In this document: positions 37,513 to 48,685 of the stretch, piece after piece
Position numbering within the stretch: the stretch's first letter is position 1
Layout: the number at the start of each line of letters is the position of its first letter
Origin: an uncultured Acidobacteriota bacterium
GTDB taxonomy: Bacteria > Acidobacteriota > Terriglobia > Acidiferrales > UBA7541
Direction of reading: 5' to 3'
Assembly: GCA_963732705.1 (NCBI GenBank)
Contig: CAVTAN010000006.1
Location: 286,073-350,072 of the forward strand
DNA length: 64,000 nucleotides
Notes under the pieces: generated by a model
Database searches by the model: none
Told to the model about the DNA's origin: nothing
What the model saw: only the letters and a program-made list of their open reading frames with translations
Translations under genes and position numbers: made by a program

Positions 37513-39054
37513 ATGTCTGATCCGGTTCACATCGCGGCGATCGACGCTGGCTCCAACGCCGTCCGTCTGGCTGTTGCCCGCGCCTACTCCGCTCTCGACA
37601 TTGAGCCGCTGTACGACGAGCGCTACCCACTCCGTCTGGGCGAAGGTGTCTTTCTCAATCACCGCTTCAGCGAAAAACTTTTTAAAAAGGGCATCAAAGC
37701 TTTCTGCGACTTCAAAGAAACCATGGACGGCTATGGCGTCACCAAATACCGCGCCGTGGCTACCAGCGCTTCGCGCGAAGCCCACAATCGCGAAGCGTTC
37801 ATTCGCAGAATCAAGCAAAAGTCCGGCATCGCTCTGCAGGTCATAAGCGCCACGGAAGAATCGCGCCTCGGGAGGGAAGCCGTGCTCGCCGCGCTTGGAC
37901 CAGAAGCCCCGCCCCGCTGCATCATCGATCTCGGGGGCGGGAGCCTTGAGCTCAGCATCTTGCGTGATCGCGCCGTCGAACAAAGCGCGCATCTGGGCGT
38001 CGGAACCGTACGCCTGATGACCACCCTGAAAATTCCTGGCGTCATCTCTCCGTCACAAGCCGAACAAGTTCGCAAATATGTTCGCGCGCTTCTCGAATCG
38101 AAATTGCCGTCGCGGCCCAATCTTGGAGAACAAATCGCCGTTGCTTTGGGAGGCAACGCGGAAACTCTCGCCTCCATCGCGCCCGGCCCCCGCGAGCACG
38201 GCCTGCCCACCCTGCAACTCTCGCTATTGCGCGATCGCCTGCCGGACATCCTCAAACGCGATGTGCGCCAGCGCATGAAGGCCTATGCTGTGCGTCGCGA
38301 CCGTGCGGACGTCATGGGGATCGCCGCCATCACGCTTCTGACTCTCGGCCGCTATCTGAACGTGCGCTGCATGACCATTCCCGCCGTCGGCATTCGCGAA
38401 GGCATCCTGCAGGAAATCGCCAAAGACGCGTTCTCTCGCAAAGAGCCGCATCGTTACAACGCCGCCGCCCGCCAGATCATCGCCAGCACCAGAAGTTTCG
38501 CGCGGCGCCTCGAATACGATCAGGCCCACGCCGAACATGTGCGGGAACTCAGCATTCTGCTCTTCGACCGGTTGCAACCGGTGCATCATCTCCCGGCTCA
38601 ATGCCGCGTGCTTCTGGAAGCTGGAGCGCTCCTCCATGACATAGGCCACACCGTCAGCCATCACGGGCATCACAAACACGGTGAATATCTGGCCTTGTAC
38701 GGCGACATTCCCGGACTTGCTGGCCGTGATCGCGCCGTGGTTGCGTCTCTCGTGCGTTACCACAACCGTAAGTCCGAGCCCGCCAGTCATCACGTCGCTT
38801 ACGCCACGCTTTCCAACCTCGATAAGCGCATGGTTCGTCGCCTGGCCTCCATTATCCGCATCGCCGAGGGCCTCGATCACTCGCATCGCCAGCGCGTAAC
38901 CAATATCCACGCCTCTTTCCAGCGCGGTTCCGTCGGTTTGCAGGTAAAAGCTCGCGGCGACGCAGCTGAAGATCTCCGCGACGCCGTACGCAGCGCCGGT
39001 CTCTTTGAAAAAGAGTTTCATGTCCGCCTCTATTTCCGCCAAATCGATGAATGA
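37513..39054 (+). CDS. ppx: Ppx/GppA exopolyphosphatase with C-terminal HD domain
   Basis: AAIDAGSNAVR, ATSA.REA.N, DLGGGSLE, DRADV, GIREG, LLHDIG. Confidence 0.93.
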   Translation: MSDPVHIAAIDAGSNAVRLAVARAYSALDIEPLYDERYPLRLGEGVFLNHRFSEKLFKKGIKAFCDFKETMDGYGVTKYRAVATSASREAHNREAFIRRIKQKSGIALQVISATEESRLGREAVLAALGPEAPPRCIIDLGGGSLELSILRDRAVEQSAHLGVGTVRLMTTLKIPGVISPSQAEQVRKYVRALLESKLPSRPNLGEQIAVALGGNAETLASIAPGPREHGLPTLQLSLLRDRLPDILKRDVRQRMKAYAVRRDRADVMGIAAITLLTLGRYLNVRCMTIPAVGIREGILQEIAKDAFSRKEPHRYNAAARQIIASTRSFARRLEYDQAHAEHVRELSILLFDRLQPVHHLPAQCRVLLEAGALLHDIGHTVSHHGHHKHGEYLALYGDIPGLAGRDRAVVASLVRYHNRKSEPASHHVAYATLSNLDKRMVRRLASIIRIAEGLDHSHRQRVTNIHASFQRGSVGLQVKARGDAAEDLRDAVRSAGLFEKEFHVRLYFRQIDE

Positions 39055-39150
39055 GTTACTCATTCGCGTGCACACCACGCGGAAGCTCACCCCGATCCTC
39101 ACCAATCATCCGTAAGATCGGTATAGCTGCACATTTTGAGGAGTCCTCGA

Positions 39151-39651
39151 ATGGATTTGTACATCGTTCGCCACGGAATCGCCATCGATCGCGACGATCC
39201 CAAGTGCCCGCCCGATCCCGAACGGTACCTCACGGAAGGGGGCGTGGAAAAAACCAAGCAGGTTGCTAAGGGCGTAGCCGCCCTGGGCGTAACGGCCGAC
39301 TTATTTCTTTCCAGCCCCTACGTGCGTGCCGTGCAGACCGCCGAGATTTTTGCCGCTGCCTTGGAGTATTCCAAACAAAAAATCCGCAAGAGCGACTTGC
39401 TCCTGCCCGGCGCCGAACCTTCCATGCTTTTCCGGGAACTCGCCCGGGATAAACAATCGTCCTCTGTTTTCATCTTTGGGCATGGTCCGCAACTTGACGA
39501 AATCATCGCGGCCGCCTTTGGCGGGAAACACGCCTTCACTTCGCTTAAGAAATCCGGCGTTGCCGCTTTAGAGCTGAAACGCCTCACACCGCCCAGCGCC
39601 GAACTGCTCTGGCTGGCGACGCCACGCCTGCTGCGCCGCGCTGCCAAATAA
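39151..39651 (+). CDS. sixA: Phosphohistidine phosphatase SixA
   Basis: LYIVRHG, R.LT..G, SSPYVRA.QTA, GH.P; GAGGAG SD. Confidence 0.9.
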   Translation: MDLYIVRHGIAIDRDDPKCPPDPERYLTEGGVEKTKQVAKGVAALGVTADLFLSSPYVRAVQTAEIFAAALEYSKQKIRKSDLLLPGAEPSMLFRELARDKQSSSVFIFGHGPQLDEIIAAAFGGKHAFTSLKKSGVAALELKRLTPPSAELLWLATPRLLRRAAK

Positions 39652-39701
39652 TTTTTTATTTGGGATATAAATCAGTCCAGGATTCGGGCAGCTTTTAGAA
39701 A

Positions 39702-41255
39702 TTAATCGGAAGCGGCTGCCACGGCATACAAAATCTGCGGTCCGGCCATCTCCGGCTCCGCCATCTTCACAATCTTTTCCGCCGTACGCACTACCAGGGG
39801 CATCCCCAGCACGGTCTCCAGCAGATGTTTCCCGGCCGCCAATCGCGCGGCAATCTCCAGACTATCCTGCAAATTCGGTACCACCAGGCTGATTGCCTCA
39901 GCCGCGATCTCCATCCGGATTCCCGTCGGAGAATCCACTCCCGACTGGTACAGCACTCTGCCCAGCCGAATCACACCCGCAATCGCTCGAATCTTTTCTT
40001 GTTCCATTGCAGTCAGCTTCGCGAATTTATGATCTTCCGCAGCCGGTTCCGCGCCCCGATGAAACGTCACCGCCCACGCCACAATTTGCCAGTCCTCTCG
40101 GGTCCATCGTGGAGGCACATTCATCTCCGCCAGAAATTTTCGCGCCGCCCGCCGTGGATGCTTCTGCTTGCGTCCCACCGCGTGCAGCAATCCAGCCGCT
40201 CGCAGATTCCTGCGCATGTTGGCATCTTCAAAGATGGGCGCCGCTTTCGTGCGGCGCATCAAATCGAAAATCCGCAGCGAAATTCGCGCTACCCGCGCCG
40301 CCTTCCGCGGACGTGCCTGCGCCGCCCTTGACGTCGCCTGCAACCTTGCAAAGGACGCCGCTTCCAGCCGCTCCCCGTGGGGCAATGCATGTCGCCATTT
40401 GGCAAACACGCTGGTCTTGCCCAGCGTCAACTGCCGGTAGGTTTGCACCCGCTTCTCGCGCTCGCTTTCTATGCTTTCTTTCCAGTTCTTGCGTTCCGGC
40501 CCGGCCACCCCGGAATCCGCTTTGACTCTCTCCTCAAGCACATCCAGATCGTGTATGTCGCCTAACAAGTCCTGCAACCGCTTTAAATTTTCGCTCCACG
40601 CCGCATGATGCACCGGCAGCAAGCTTTCTACCGTGTAGCGCAGCTTCTTCAGCCCAACGCGCAATTCATGCCATGCTCTCGGTTTAGTGCCCCGTAGCGC
40701 ATGCGCATGCAATTGTTTGATCTCTTCAAATCGTTCCCAGGCCAAGCATTCCGCGGCCAGGCCGCCCAACGGCAGGAACCGCACCCGCTGCCGCAAATGT
40801 CTTTGCAGTTGCTTCCAGCCCTTCTCGTCGAATTTCCCAGCCACGCGCAACACTTCCGCGCGCAACTCCGGCTCTTCCTTCTCAAACAGGCCGTGCATCC
40901 GCACCCGCACCGCATCGCTCGCAGGTGTCAGCTTCTTTAGCCAATCTTCCATTACATGCGCGTCCCGCAACGCTCCCAGGGCCCGAAAAAGCTTCTTTGC
41001 CTTTTTTCGTAGTTCCACCCACGCTTTATCCGGATCGACCTCCTCGAAAACCAGGGCCACCGACCGGCATCGCCGGATGGCTACCCGCAGGTCGTGCACG
41101 TTATCTACGTCGGGGGCTGACCGAACCTTTTCCAGTTCATCCCGCACTTTGTCCATTGAATCGCTGAGCTCCCGGTGCTCGACTCGAGCTTTGGACCCTG
41201 CGGAGTTGTCGTTGGGGGACGCTCCGGATGCGGGAAGGGGACTTGCACTTGCCAT
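39702..41255 (-). CDS. CHAD domain protein fused to a degenerate Ppx-type HD domain
   Basis: VHDLRVAIRR, LGALRD..V, HELRV..KKLRY, LQDLLGDIHDLDV; C-terminal AGLLHAVG. Confidence 0.88.
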   Translation of the reverse strand: MASASPLPASGASPNDNSAGSKARVEHRELSDSMDKVRDELEKVRSAPDVDNVHDLRVAIRRCRSVALVFEEVDPDKAWVELRKKAKKLFRALGALRDAHVMEDWLKKLTPASDAVRVRMHGLFEKEEPELRAEVLRVAGKFDEKGWKQLQRHLRQRVRFLPLGGLAAECLAWERFEEIKQLHAHALRGTKPRAWHELRVGLKKLRYTVESLLPVHHAAWSENLKRLQDLLGDIHDLDVLEERVKADSGVAGPERKNWKESIESEREKRVQTYRQLTLGKTSVFAKWRHALPHGERLEAASFARLQATSRAAQARPRKAARVARISLRIFDLMRRTKAAPIFEDANMRRNLRAAGLLHAVGRKQKHPRRAARKFLAEMNVPPRWTREDWQIVAWAVTFHRGAEPAAEDHKFAKLTAMEQEKIRAIAGVIRLGRVLYQSGVDSPTGIRMEIAAEAISLVVPNLQDSLEIAARLAAGKHLLETVLGMPLVVRTAEKIVKMAEPEMAGPQILYAVAAASD

Positions 41256-41313
41256 GACGCGTTAAACCTCGATGAAAATTCAGTGAATGCGCTGAGACTA
41301 ATGCCAAAACAAG

Positions 41314-42648
41314 CTATAGCGTAGCCCTTCGTTGCAACCCCGTCCAGTCGAGCGCCTGCGGCCACAATTCCGGCAGCATTCGTACCAAAATGGCACCCAT
41401 AATCACTGTAAATCCGCTGGCGATCAGGAATACCCGCGATGGGTCAGGGTGCCCCAGCCTCAACATTGCAAATTGCGCTACCGGCTGTAGCGCCACCCCA
41501 ATAAACGACAACAAATTGGCTACCGCTATCGTCCGCCCTCTTTCCGCCGCTGCCGGGCGCCGCTGAATCAGGGCATTGATCGGCACCACAAAGAACCCGC
41601 CCGCGAAGCCCAATCCGATCAAGCAGCCCAGCACCGTATTGAAACCGATGCCTGACCAAGACAGCAACGCCGCCATCACTAGAATTCCCGCCAGCCCTGG
41701 CAGCACCATGCCCATCTGTATTTTCTTCCCGGACACGAACCCCGCCGCCAGGCTTCCCAGACCAATCCCCATGCTGAGCCCTGCTAACAAATAGCTGCTC
41801 TGCGTTTCCTCCAGATGCAGCACATCCGCGCCATACAGAACAATATTCAGCAGCAGCAGGGACCCCAAAAACCAGAAAAACGTGTTCGCTACTACGGCTG
41901 TCAGCAACGCTCGATCACTTCGCAGGCGCCGCAGTTCGGCGAAGAACTCCCGCGCCACATTCCAATCGAACTTCCTACCCGGATCAGCCGCCGGTACCCG
42001 CGAGATTCCCAGGCTCGTCAACAAGCCCACCGCCGCCAAGGCCAGAAAGATCAACCCCGACCAGATTTGCCTCCCGCGAAAAACGTGCGCGAAAAAGCCG
42101 CCCGCCAACGCCGCCACAATTGCTGCGAGCAAAGTCCCAAACTCAATGATTCCGTTTCCCCAACTCAGTTTCGCCTCCGGCAAAAGTTCCGGCAGCAACC
42201 CATACTTCGTCGGTCCAAAAATCGCGCCAATTCCGCTTAGGAGAAAAAGCGCCAGCGCCGCCCATCCGATGCGCCCTTGCGCCAACGCCCACGCAGCCAA
42301 CGCCATCACCGCCACTTGCCCAATCACCGTGCCAATCGTCACGCTTCGCTTGCTGTACTTATCCGCTAAATATCCGCCCGGAATCGAAAACAGCAGGAAG
42401 GGAACTGAGAACAGCAGCGGCACGATCAGCACAAACCACAGATCCCGTTCTTCCTTGCTGACGGCAGTCTCCAGCACCAGGTAGCTCACCAGCCACTTCA
42501 ACGTGTTGTCGCTGAACACTCCCTGAAATTGCGTGGCAATCAGGGCCCAGAAACCCCATAACCGCGGAGCGCCTGGGGCTTCCTTCGAAACTGCACTCGC
42601 GCCGCCACCCAACGCCTGTGCTCGACTGCCCCGAGCCGATATGCCCAT
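41314..42648 (-). CDS. MFS transporter, LplT/Aas-MFS-like
   Basis: TQFQGVFSDN, FGPTKYGLLPEL, GFFVVPINALIQ, IAVANL; many TM segments. Confidence 0.85.
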   Translation of the reverse strand: MGISARGSRAQALGGGASAVSKEAPGAPRLWGFWALIATQFQGVFSDNTLKWLVSYLVLETAVSKEERDLWFVLIVPLLFSVPFLLFSIPGGYLADKYSKRSVTIGTVIGQVAVMALAAWALAQGRIGWAALALFLLSGIGAIFGPTKYGLLPELLPEAKLSWGNGIIEFGTLLAAIVAALAGGFFAHVFRGRQIWSGLIFLALAAVGLLTSLGISRVPAADPGRKFDWNVAREFFAELRRLRSDRALLTAVVANTFFWFLGSLLLLNIVLYGADVLHLEETQSSYLLAGLSMGIGLGSLAAGFVSGKKIQMGMVLPGLAGILVMAALLSWSGIGFNTVLGCLIGLGFAGGFFVVPINALIQRRPAAAERGRTIAVANLLSFIGVALQPVAQFAMLRLGHPDPSRVFLIASGFTVIMGAILVRMLPELWPQALDWTGLQRRATL

Positions 42649-42808
42649 GAGCCGCGAAGTCTAGTCGCGCTCATCTGTCGCAGCAAGCCCCAACTCAAAA
42701 CTTTAATCTTCCCTGCGAATTTGCACAGCAATTGCCCTCCGAAAACTTTTCCGGCACGTCTCGCACTACAGCGCGAAATCCTCAATTACACGCTATAATT
42801 ATCCAGCG

Positions 42809-44439
42809 ATGCTCTACGTAGATAATGTCTCCATGCGCTTCGGTCCACGCATCCTCTTCGAGGACGTGACCGCTACTTTCCTCGATGGCCGCCGTTACGC
42901 CATCAGCGGCCCCAACGGCGCCGGCAAATCCACCTTAATGAAGATCCTTACCGGTGAACTTGACCCCACCAAGGGCTCCGTCACTCGCCCCAAGAAGCTC
43001 GGAATCCTTGCGCCAGGATCAGTTTGCCTTCGATGAATTTCGCGTCATCGACACCGTCATCATGGGCAACGCGCCCGCTCTGGAAGGCGCTGCAAGAGCG
43101 CGACGCGCTTTATGCAAAACCTCACGAGCAGCTCACCGACGAGGACGGCATGCGCCTTGGCGAGCTTGAAGGAATCATCGGCGAAGAAGGCGGCTACACT
43201 GCTGAGTCCGACGCCGGTGCGCTGCTCGACGGGCTCGGCATCGAGAGCGATCTTCACGAACGCAAAATGGGCGAACTTCAGGGCGGCCAGAAAGTTCGCG
43301 TGCTCCTCGCGCAAGCGCTCTTCGGCAGTCCACCGCGCTGCTGCTCGACGAGCCGACCAACAACCTCGATCTCGATTCGGTCCATTGGCTCCAGAAATAT
43401 CTTCAACGAGTACGAAGGCGTGCTGATCGTCATCTCGCACGATCGCCATTTCCTGAATACCGTCTGCACGCACACCGCTGATATCGACTACGAAACCGTC
43501 ATCATGTACATCGGCGGTTACGACGACATGGTGCTGGCCAAAACGCAAATTCGCTCGCGCATCGAAACGGAAAACGCCCAGCGCGAGAAAAAAATCGCGC
43601 AGTTAAATGACTTTATCGCCCGCTTTTCCGCTGGTACGCGTTCCGCGCAAGCCACTTCGCGTAAGAAAGAAGTCGAGCGCTTGCAGACGACCGAGCTCGC
43701 CCGTTCCAACATTCAGCGCCCGTACATCCGCTTCGACATGAAGCGAGATTCGGGCCGCCATCCGCTCGAAATCAAGAGCATCGCGAAAGTCCTACGATGA
43801 TTTGAAAGTCATTCCGCGCTTTCACCGCCAGCATTACGCGCGGCGAAAAGATCGCTTTGATGGGCCGCAACGGAACCGGCAAAACGACGTTGCTCAAGTC
43901 CTTGTTCGCACGCGCCGGCGAATTCATCGACGAAGCCGACAAAGAGTTCCCGATCAATGGCGGCAGGTCAAATGGGGCCACGAAGTTTCCGTCGGCTATT
44001 TTGCTCAGGATCACGCCGAATCGGTGGTCACGAGAACACACCGCCGATCGATTGGCTTTGGCAGTTCGATCCCAGGCGTCTCAGCAAGAATTTCGCGGTT
44101 TGATGGGTCAGATGCTGTTCAGCGGCGACGACGCGATGAAGCCCACGCGAGCCCTATCGCGGCGGCGAAACGGCGCGCCTGATTTTCTGCCGCTTGATGC
44201 TTCAGAAACCAAATTTCCTGGTCCTCGACGAGCCCACCAACCACCTCGATCTCGAATCGATCAACGCCCTCAACATCGCGCTCCAGCGTTACGACGGCAC
44301 GGTGCTGCTGGTAACCCACGACCAAGACGTCATCGATGAAGTCGCCACCCGCATCTGGCATTTCAACAGCGGCAAAATCGAAGACTTCAAGGGCCCCTAC
44401 GCCGACTACCTCACCATGTCCCGCGAAAAGGCCTCTTAG
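42809..44439 (+). CDS. ABC-F family ATPase, multiple frameshifts (likely read errors)
   Basis: GPNGAGKST, LQGGQK, SHDRHFL, GRNGTGKTT, LDEPTNHLD spread across frames. Confidence 0.88.
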
Positions 44440-44589
44440 CTTTTAGAGTTTCGCCCACTGCAAAAAATCGGACGCCGCGTTCTCATTCTTGCGGGGAATT
44501 TTCGTTTTCAATTCTGTTCCGATTAGCATTTAGACGGCTTAGGATTCGTCAGGCCGATGACTTGCGTTGTCCAATCTCGACCTTCGCAA

Positions 44590-45989
44590 CTAATGTCCCC
44601 CACCACCGCCCCCAATCTCCCGCACAATCGCCCCCACAAATCCCTTCGCATCCCCAAATAGCATCAACGTTTTGTCGAAGTAGTAGAGCGGATTATCGAT
44701 TCCCGCAAATCCCGCGCTCATTCCGCGCTTGATCACCATCACCGTCCGCGCTTTGTCCACGTCCAGAATCGGCATGCCATAAATCGGGCTGCTGGCGTCC
44801 GTGCGCGCCGCGGGGTTGGTCACGTCATTGGCTCCAATCACCAGCGCCACGTCAGTCTGCGCGAAGTCGCCGTTCGCGTCGTCCATTTCCAGCAGTTTGT
44901 CATACGGAATATCCGCTTCCGCCAGCAGCACATTCATGTGCCCCGGCATGCGCCCCGCCACCGGATGAATCCCGAATCGCACATCCACGCCGCGTTTGGT
45001 CAACGCATCGTAAAGCTCGCGCACTTTATGTTGCGCCTGCGATACCGCCATCCCGTATCCCGGAACGATCACCACTTTATTGGCCGCCGCCAGAATCCCC
45101 GCTGCTTCTTCCGCGCTGGCGCTCTCACTGGCCGCGCTTCCACGCCGCCCGCCACGCTCGCCTGCTCTTGCCCGAACGCCCCAAACAAAACGTTCGAAAA
45201 CGACCGGTTCATCGCCTTCGACATATTCACCGACAAGAATAAATCCCGAAGCGCCATCCAGCGCGCCCGCAATAATCAGTAATTTGTTGTCCAGCACAAA
45301 GCCCATCGCCGCCGCCGACAATCCCGCGTAAGAATTCAAAAGCGAAATCACCGTCGGCATATCCGCGCCGCCGATAGGAATAATCATCAGCACCCCAAAT
45401 ATCAGCGGCAGCACCACGATCAGCGGATACAGGTAAACGTCCGTTCCGGATGCACAATCAAAACCACCGCCACGATTACCGCGACGGCTAGCACCGCCAG
45501 GTTTACAAAGTTCTGTCCCTTATAAGTAATCGGCCGCTGCGGCAGAAGTTCCTGCAATTTTCCCGCGGCCATCAAGCTGCCCGTGAACGTCAGCGAGCCC
45601 AGAATCACTTCCATCCCCAACACCGCCATCATGAACGGCGGCACCGATGGTGCTCGTAAATAAAACTCCGCCGTGCCTACCAGCGTCACGCACAACGCCC
45701 CGAACGCATGGCTCAACGCCGTTCGCTGCGGCACCGCGGTCATCGCCACTTTGCCCAGCGGCACGCCGATGATCGACCCTAGCACCAGCGCAGCCGCCAC
45801 CCACTTGTAATCCATGCCGTGGTGCAGCAGCGTGCCCACAATCGCCAGCAGCATCCCCAACTCGCCGGCCAACACGCCGCGCCGCGCCGTGGCCGGAGAA
45901 CTCATCCACTTCAGCGACAATATGAAGAGTGCCGATGCAATCAGGTAGGTGACTTCCATCACTTGCAGCGCGAGCGCTTCGCTCATCAT
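44590..45989 (-). CDS. pntB: NAD(P) transhydrogenase beta subunit, frameshifted
   Basis: IGGADMP.VISLLNSY, VPGYGMAV.QAQ, HPVAGRMPGHMNVLLAEA, GANDVTNPAA. Confidence 0.93.
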
Positions 45990-46282
45990 GATTTTTTCGG
46001 CCCGCTAAGCTTGAACATCTTCAACATGCGGTCGGTGATCACGAATCCGCCCACGATGTTGCTGGTGGCCGCCACGATCGCTATCGTTCCCAGCACTGTG
46101 GAAAATGTCGTTTTGTGTTCGCCCGCCAGAATAATCGCTCCCACCACCGCAATCGCGTCCAGCGCATTCGTCAGCGACATCAGCGGGGTGTGCAGCAGTG
46201 GCGACACTCGCCGTATCACTTCAAATCCAATGAAGCCGGCCAGCATAAATACATACAGGCTGGTAAGCAGATCCAGTTTCAT
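45986..46282 (-). CDS. pntA: NAD(P) transhydrogenase alpha subunit, membrane part
   Basis: LHTPLMS.TNA, NIVGGF.ITDRML.MF. Confidence 0.93.
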   Translation of the reverse strand: MKLDLLTSLYVFMLAGFIGFEVIRRVSPLLHTPLMSLTNALDAIAVVGAIILAGEHKTTFSTVLGTIAIVAATSNIVGGFVITDRMLKMFKLSGPKKS

Positions 46283-47488
46283 CCTTTGCTCCCTTCCGTC
46301 GCCGCTGGTGCGGCGCTCGCCGGTTCCGGCAACGCCGGCAGGGCATACAGCTCCCGCAATCTCTTGTTCACAATTTCGCCGCCGTCCGTCAGCCAGGTAT
46401 CGCGAATAATTTCATCCTGTCGCATCCAACCTCAGTTTCCCGTCCTTCACCAGGTGCAGCAAAAACGTCGTTACATTTTTCGCGTACATCTGGCTGGCGT
46501 GATACGGCACCGTACTCGCTAGATTAAACAATCCCACAATCGTCACGTCGTGTTGAATCGCGATTTCTCCCGGAACGGTCAGCTCGCAATTTCCGCCGCG
46601 CTCCGCCGCCAGGTCCACGATCACCGAGCCCGGCGCCATCTTCTGCACCATCTCCCCGGTCACTAGGATTGGCGATTTCTTTCCCGGAATCACCGCAGTG
46701 GTGATGACCACGTCGCTTTCGGAAACCACCTTGCCCAACAGCTCCCGCTGCTTGCGATAAAAATCCTCGCCCTGTTCGCGTGCGTAGCCGCCGGCGTCCT
46801 GCGCATCCTTAGCCTCGATCGGCAATTCCACAAAGCGCCCGCCCAGGCTCATCACTTGCTCTTTCGCCACTGGCCGCATGTCATAGGCTGAGGTCACCGC
46901 GCCCAGGCGCCGCGAAGTCGCAATGGCTTGCAGTCCCGCCACTCCCGCGCCAATCACAAAAATTCTCGCCGGCGTAATCGTTCCCGCTGCGGTCGACATC
47001 ATCGGAAACAGCCGCGGCAACATGTCCGCCGCCAGCAAAACCGCTTTATAGCCGCTCACCGTCGCCATCGACGAAAGCACATCCATGCTTTGCGCGCGCG
47101 TAATCCGCGGCATCAATTCCATCGAGAACGCCCGCGCACCGGTCGCCGCGATCTCCCGAACGCTTTCCGCCGAGCCTAGCGGCCGCAAAAATCCAATCAA
47201 CGCCTGGTCCCGCCGTAGCAAAGGCACATCTTCAGCGCCCGTTCGATCATTCGCGCCGTAACCCAGCACCTGCACAATCACATCCGCAGTGCGAAATACT
47301 TCCGCACGCTCCCCGACAATTTTCGCGCCCTTGGCGACAAACTCCGCGTCCGGATATCCCGCGTTCGCGCCGCTCCCCGCTTCCACCACCACTTCCAGTC
47401 CCGCCTTGGTCAAACTGGCTATCACTCCCGGCACCAGCGCCACGCGCCGCTCCCCCGGATAAATTTCGCGCGGCACACCGACAATCAT
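46279..47488 (-). CDS. pntA: NAD(P) transhydrogenase alpha subunit, NAD(H)-binding part; frameshift near 46415
   Basis: ERRVAL.P, RITRAQSMDVLSS, GAGVAGLQAI, DLAAE.GGNCE; alternative frame ends in an ATGA overlap at 46279-46282. Confidence 0.92.
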
Positions 47489-47540
47489 CGAATAGCCCCC
47501 TGTCCTGAGCACTTCATGTGGGGAATGAGCATTTTGTAGG

Positions 47541-48491
47541 TTAGGAAATATACCGCAGCGTGGTCTCGATCAATTCAGCGGTTCCTTTATAGGGGTCGCC
47601 CGGGCTGTCAAACTCCATCGAGCAATAGCCTTCATATTTCGCATCCTGCAAAATTCCAAATGCTTTTGCCATGTCCACGCGAAACGCCCGACCTTTTTCA
47701 TCCACTTCCAGGGCCTTCACATGACAAATGTTGTACGCGTGCGCAAACATTTTCTGGAGGCCTTCGTAAGCACGTTCCTCGCGCCCGGTTACCAGGCTGT
47801 TCGCGAAATCCGGCAACGCATGCAGCGACGGGTGATTCACCAGCTCGATCACCTGCACCACAAAAAAGGGATCCTCGCTAACCGGATTGTCGTTCTCCAT
47901 ATTCACCAGAATATTTTTCCCCGCCGCGTACTCTACCACTTCCTTGAAAGTGTCGGCCGCGCGCCGCGCATTCGGCTCGGAATCCTTGGCCTGCGCCATA
48001 CTCGTTCGAATACTTGGCGACCCCACCGCTACCGCCGCATCTACCCACCGTTTGCTGAACTCCACCGACCGTTGCCGCTCCGCTTTATCGGCGGCGTACG
48101 GGCTATGCTCTCCATCCACGGCGATGTTGACGATCATCCCCCGCGCTTTTTCCACCGCCGCTCGAATCTCACCAAGATAGCGCGGCTCCAGCGAAGCGAA
48201 ATGCTCGCTCCAAGGCTCAATTTTGCGAACCTGAAACTTTTCGCTCACGTGCGCCGCAAAATCCTTCAACGCCATCTTCTCGTTTGCCGCCGCTCTCGCG
48301 TCCTCCCGGCCGGCAATAAAGTCTCTGAAGGGATAGCTGGCCACGGCGATCCGCTCGCGCGCCTCCGTGGGAAACGCAACGCCGGAAAGCAAAGTTGCGC
48401 CCCATGCCGTGCGCAACGGCGGCAAAAACATTACGCTCGCGGCCGTGGCCGCTGACTGCGTCAGAAATCGTCTGCGCGTGAAGTCCGTCAA
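47541..48491 (-). CDS. Sugar phosphate isomerase/epimerase (xylose isomerase-like TIM barrel) with Tat signal
   Basis: TRRRFL Tat motif; MEND, LPDFAN, CHVK, Y.G..SMEF. Confidence 0.85.
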   Translation of the reverse strand: MTDFTRRRFLTQSAATAASVMFLPPLRTAWGATLLSGVAFPTEARERIAVASYPFRDFIAGREDARAAANEKMALKDFAAHVSEKFQVRKIEPWSEHFASLEPRYLGEIRAAVEKARGMIVNIAVDGEHSPYAADKAERQRSVEFSKRWVDAAVAVGSPSIRTSMAQAKDSEPNARRAADTFKEVVEYAAGKNILVNMENDNPVSEDPFFVVQVIELVNHPSLHALPDFANSLVTGREERAYEGLQKMFAHAYNICHVKALEVDEKGRAFRVDMAKAFGILQDAKYEGYCSMEFDSPGDPYKGTAELIETTLRYIS

Positions 48492-48685
48492 AGTCGCGCC
48501 AGTCTAGCAGATTCACATCTGCATCGCCACGCAATCGCGCTTATACCAGCTGCGGTAATCAGCTAATGCTGGATTTTCCAGGAGAGGTTTGGGCGCGTCG
48601 GAGTAAAGATGACGCCGCCCTTAAAAAAATCAAATCGTTGGAAGAGAATTGTGTCCGGCACTCCAGGCAAGCCGAACTGCTTCAG

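Noticed and set aside
39086-39103. CTCACC direct repeat upstream of sixA as a Pho box
   Set aside because: Period is 12 nt, not 11, and the half-sites match poorly
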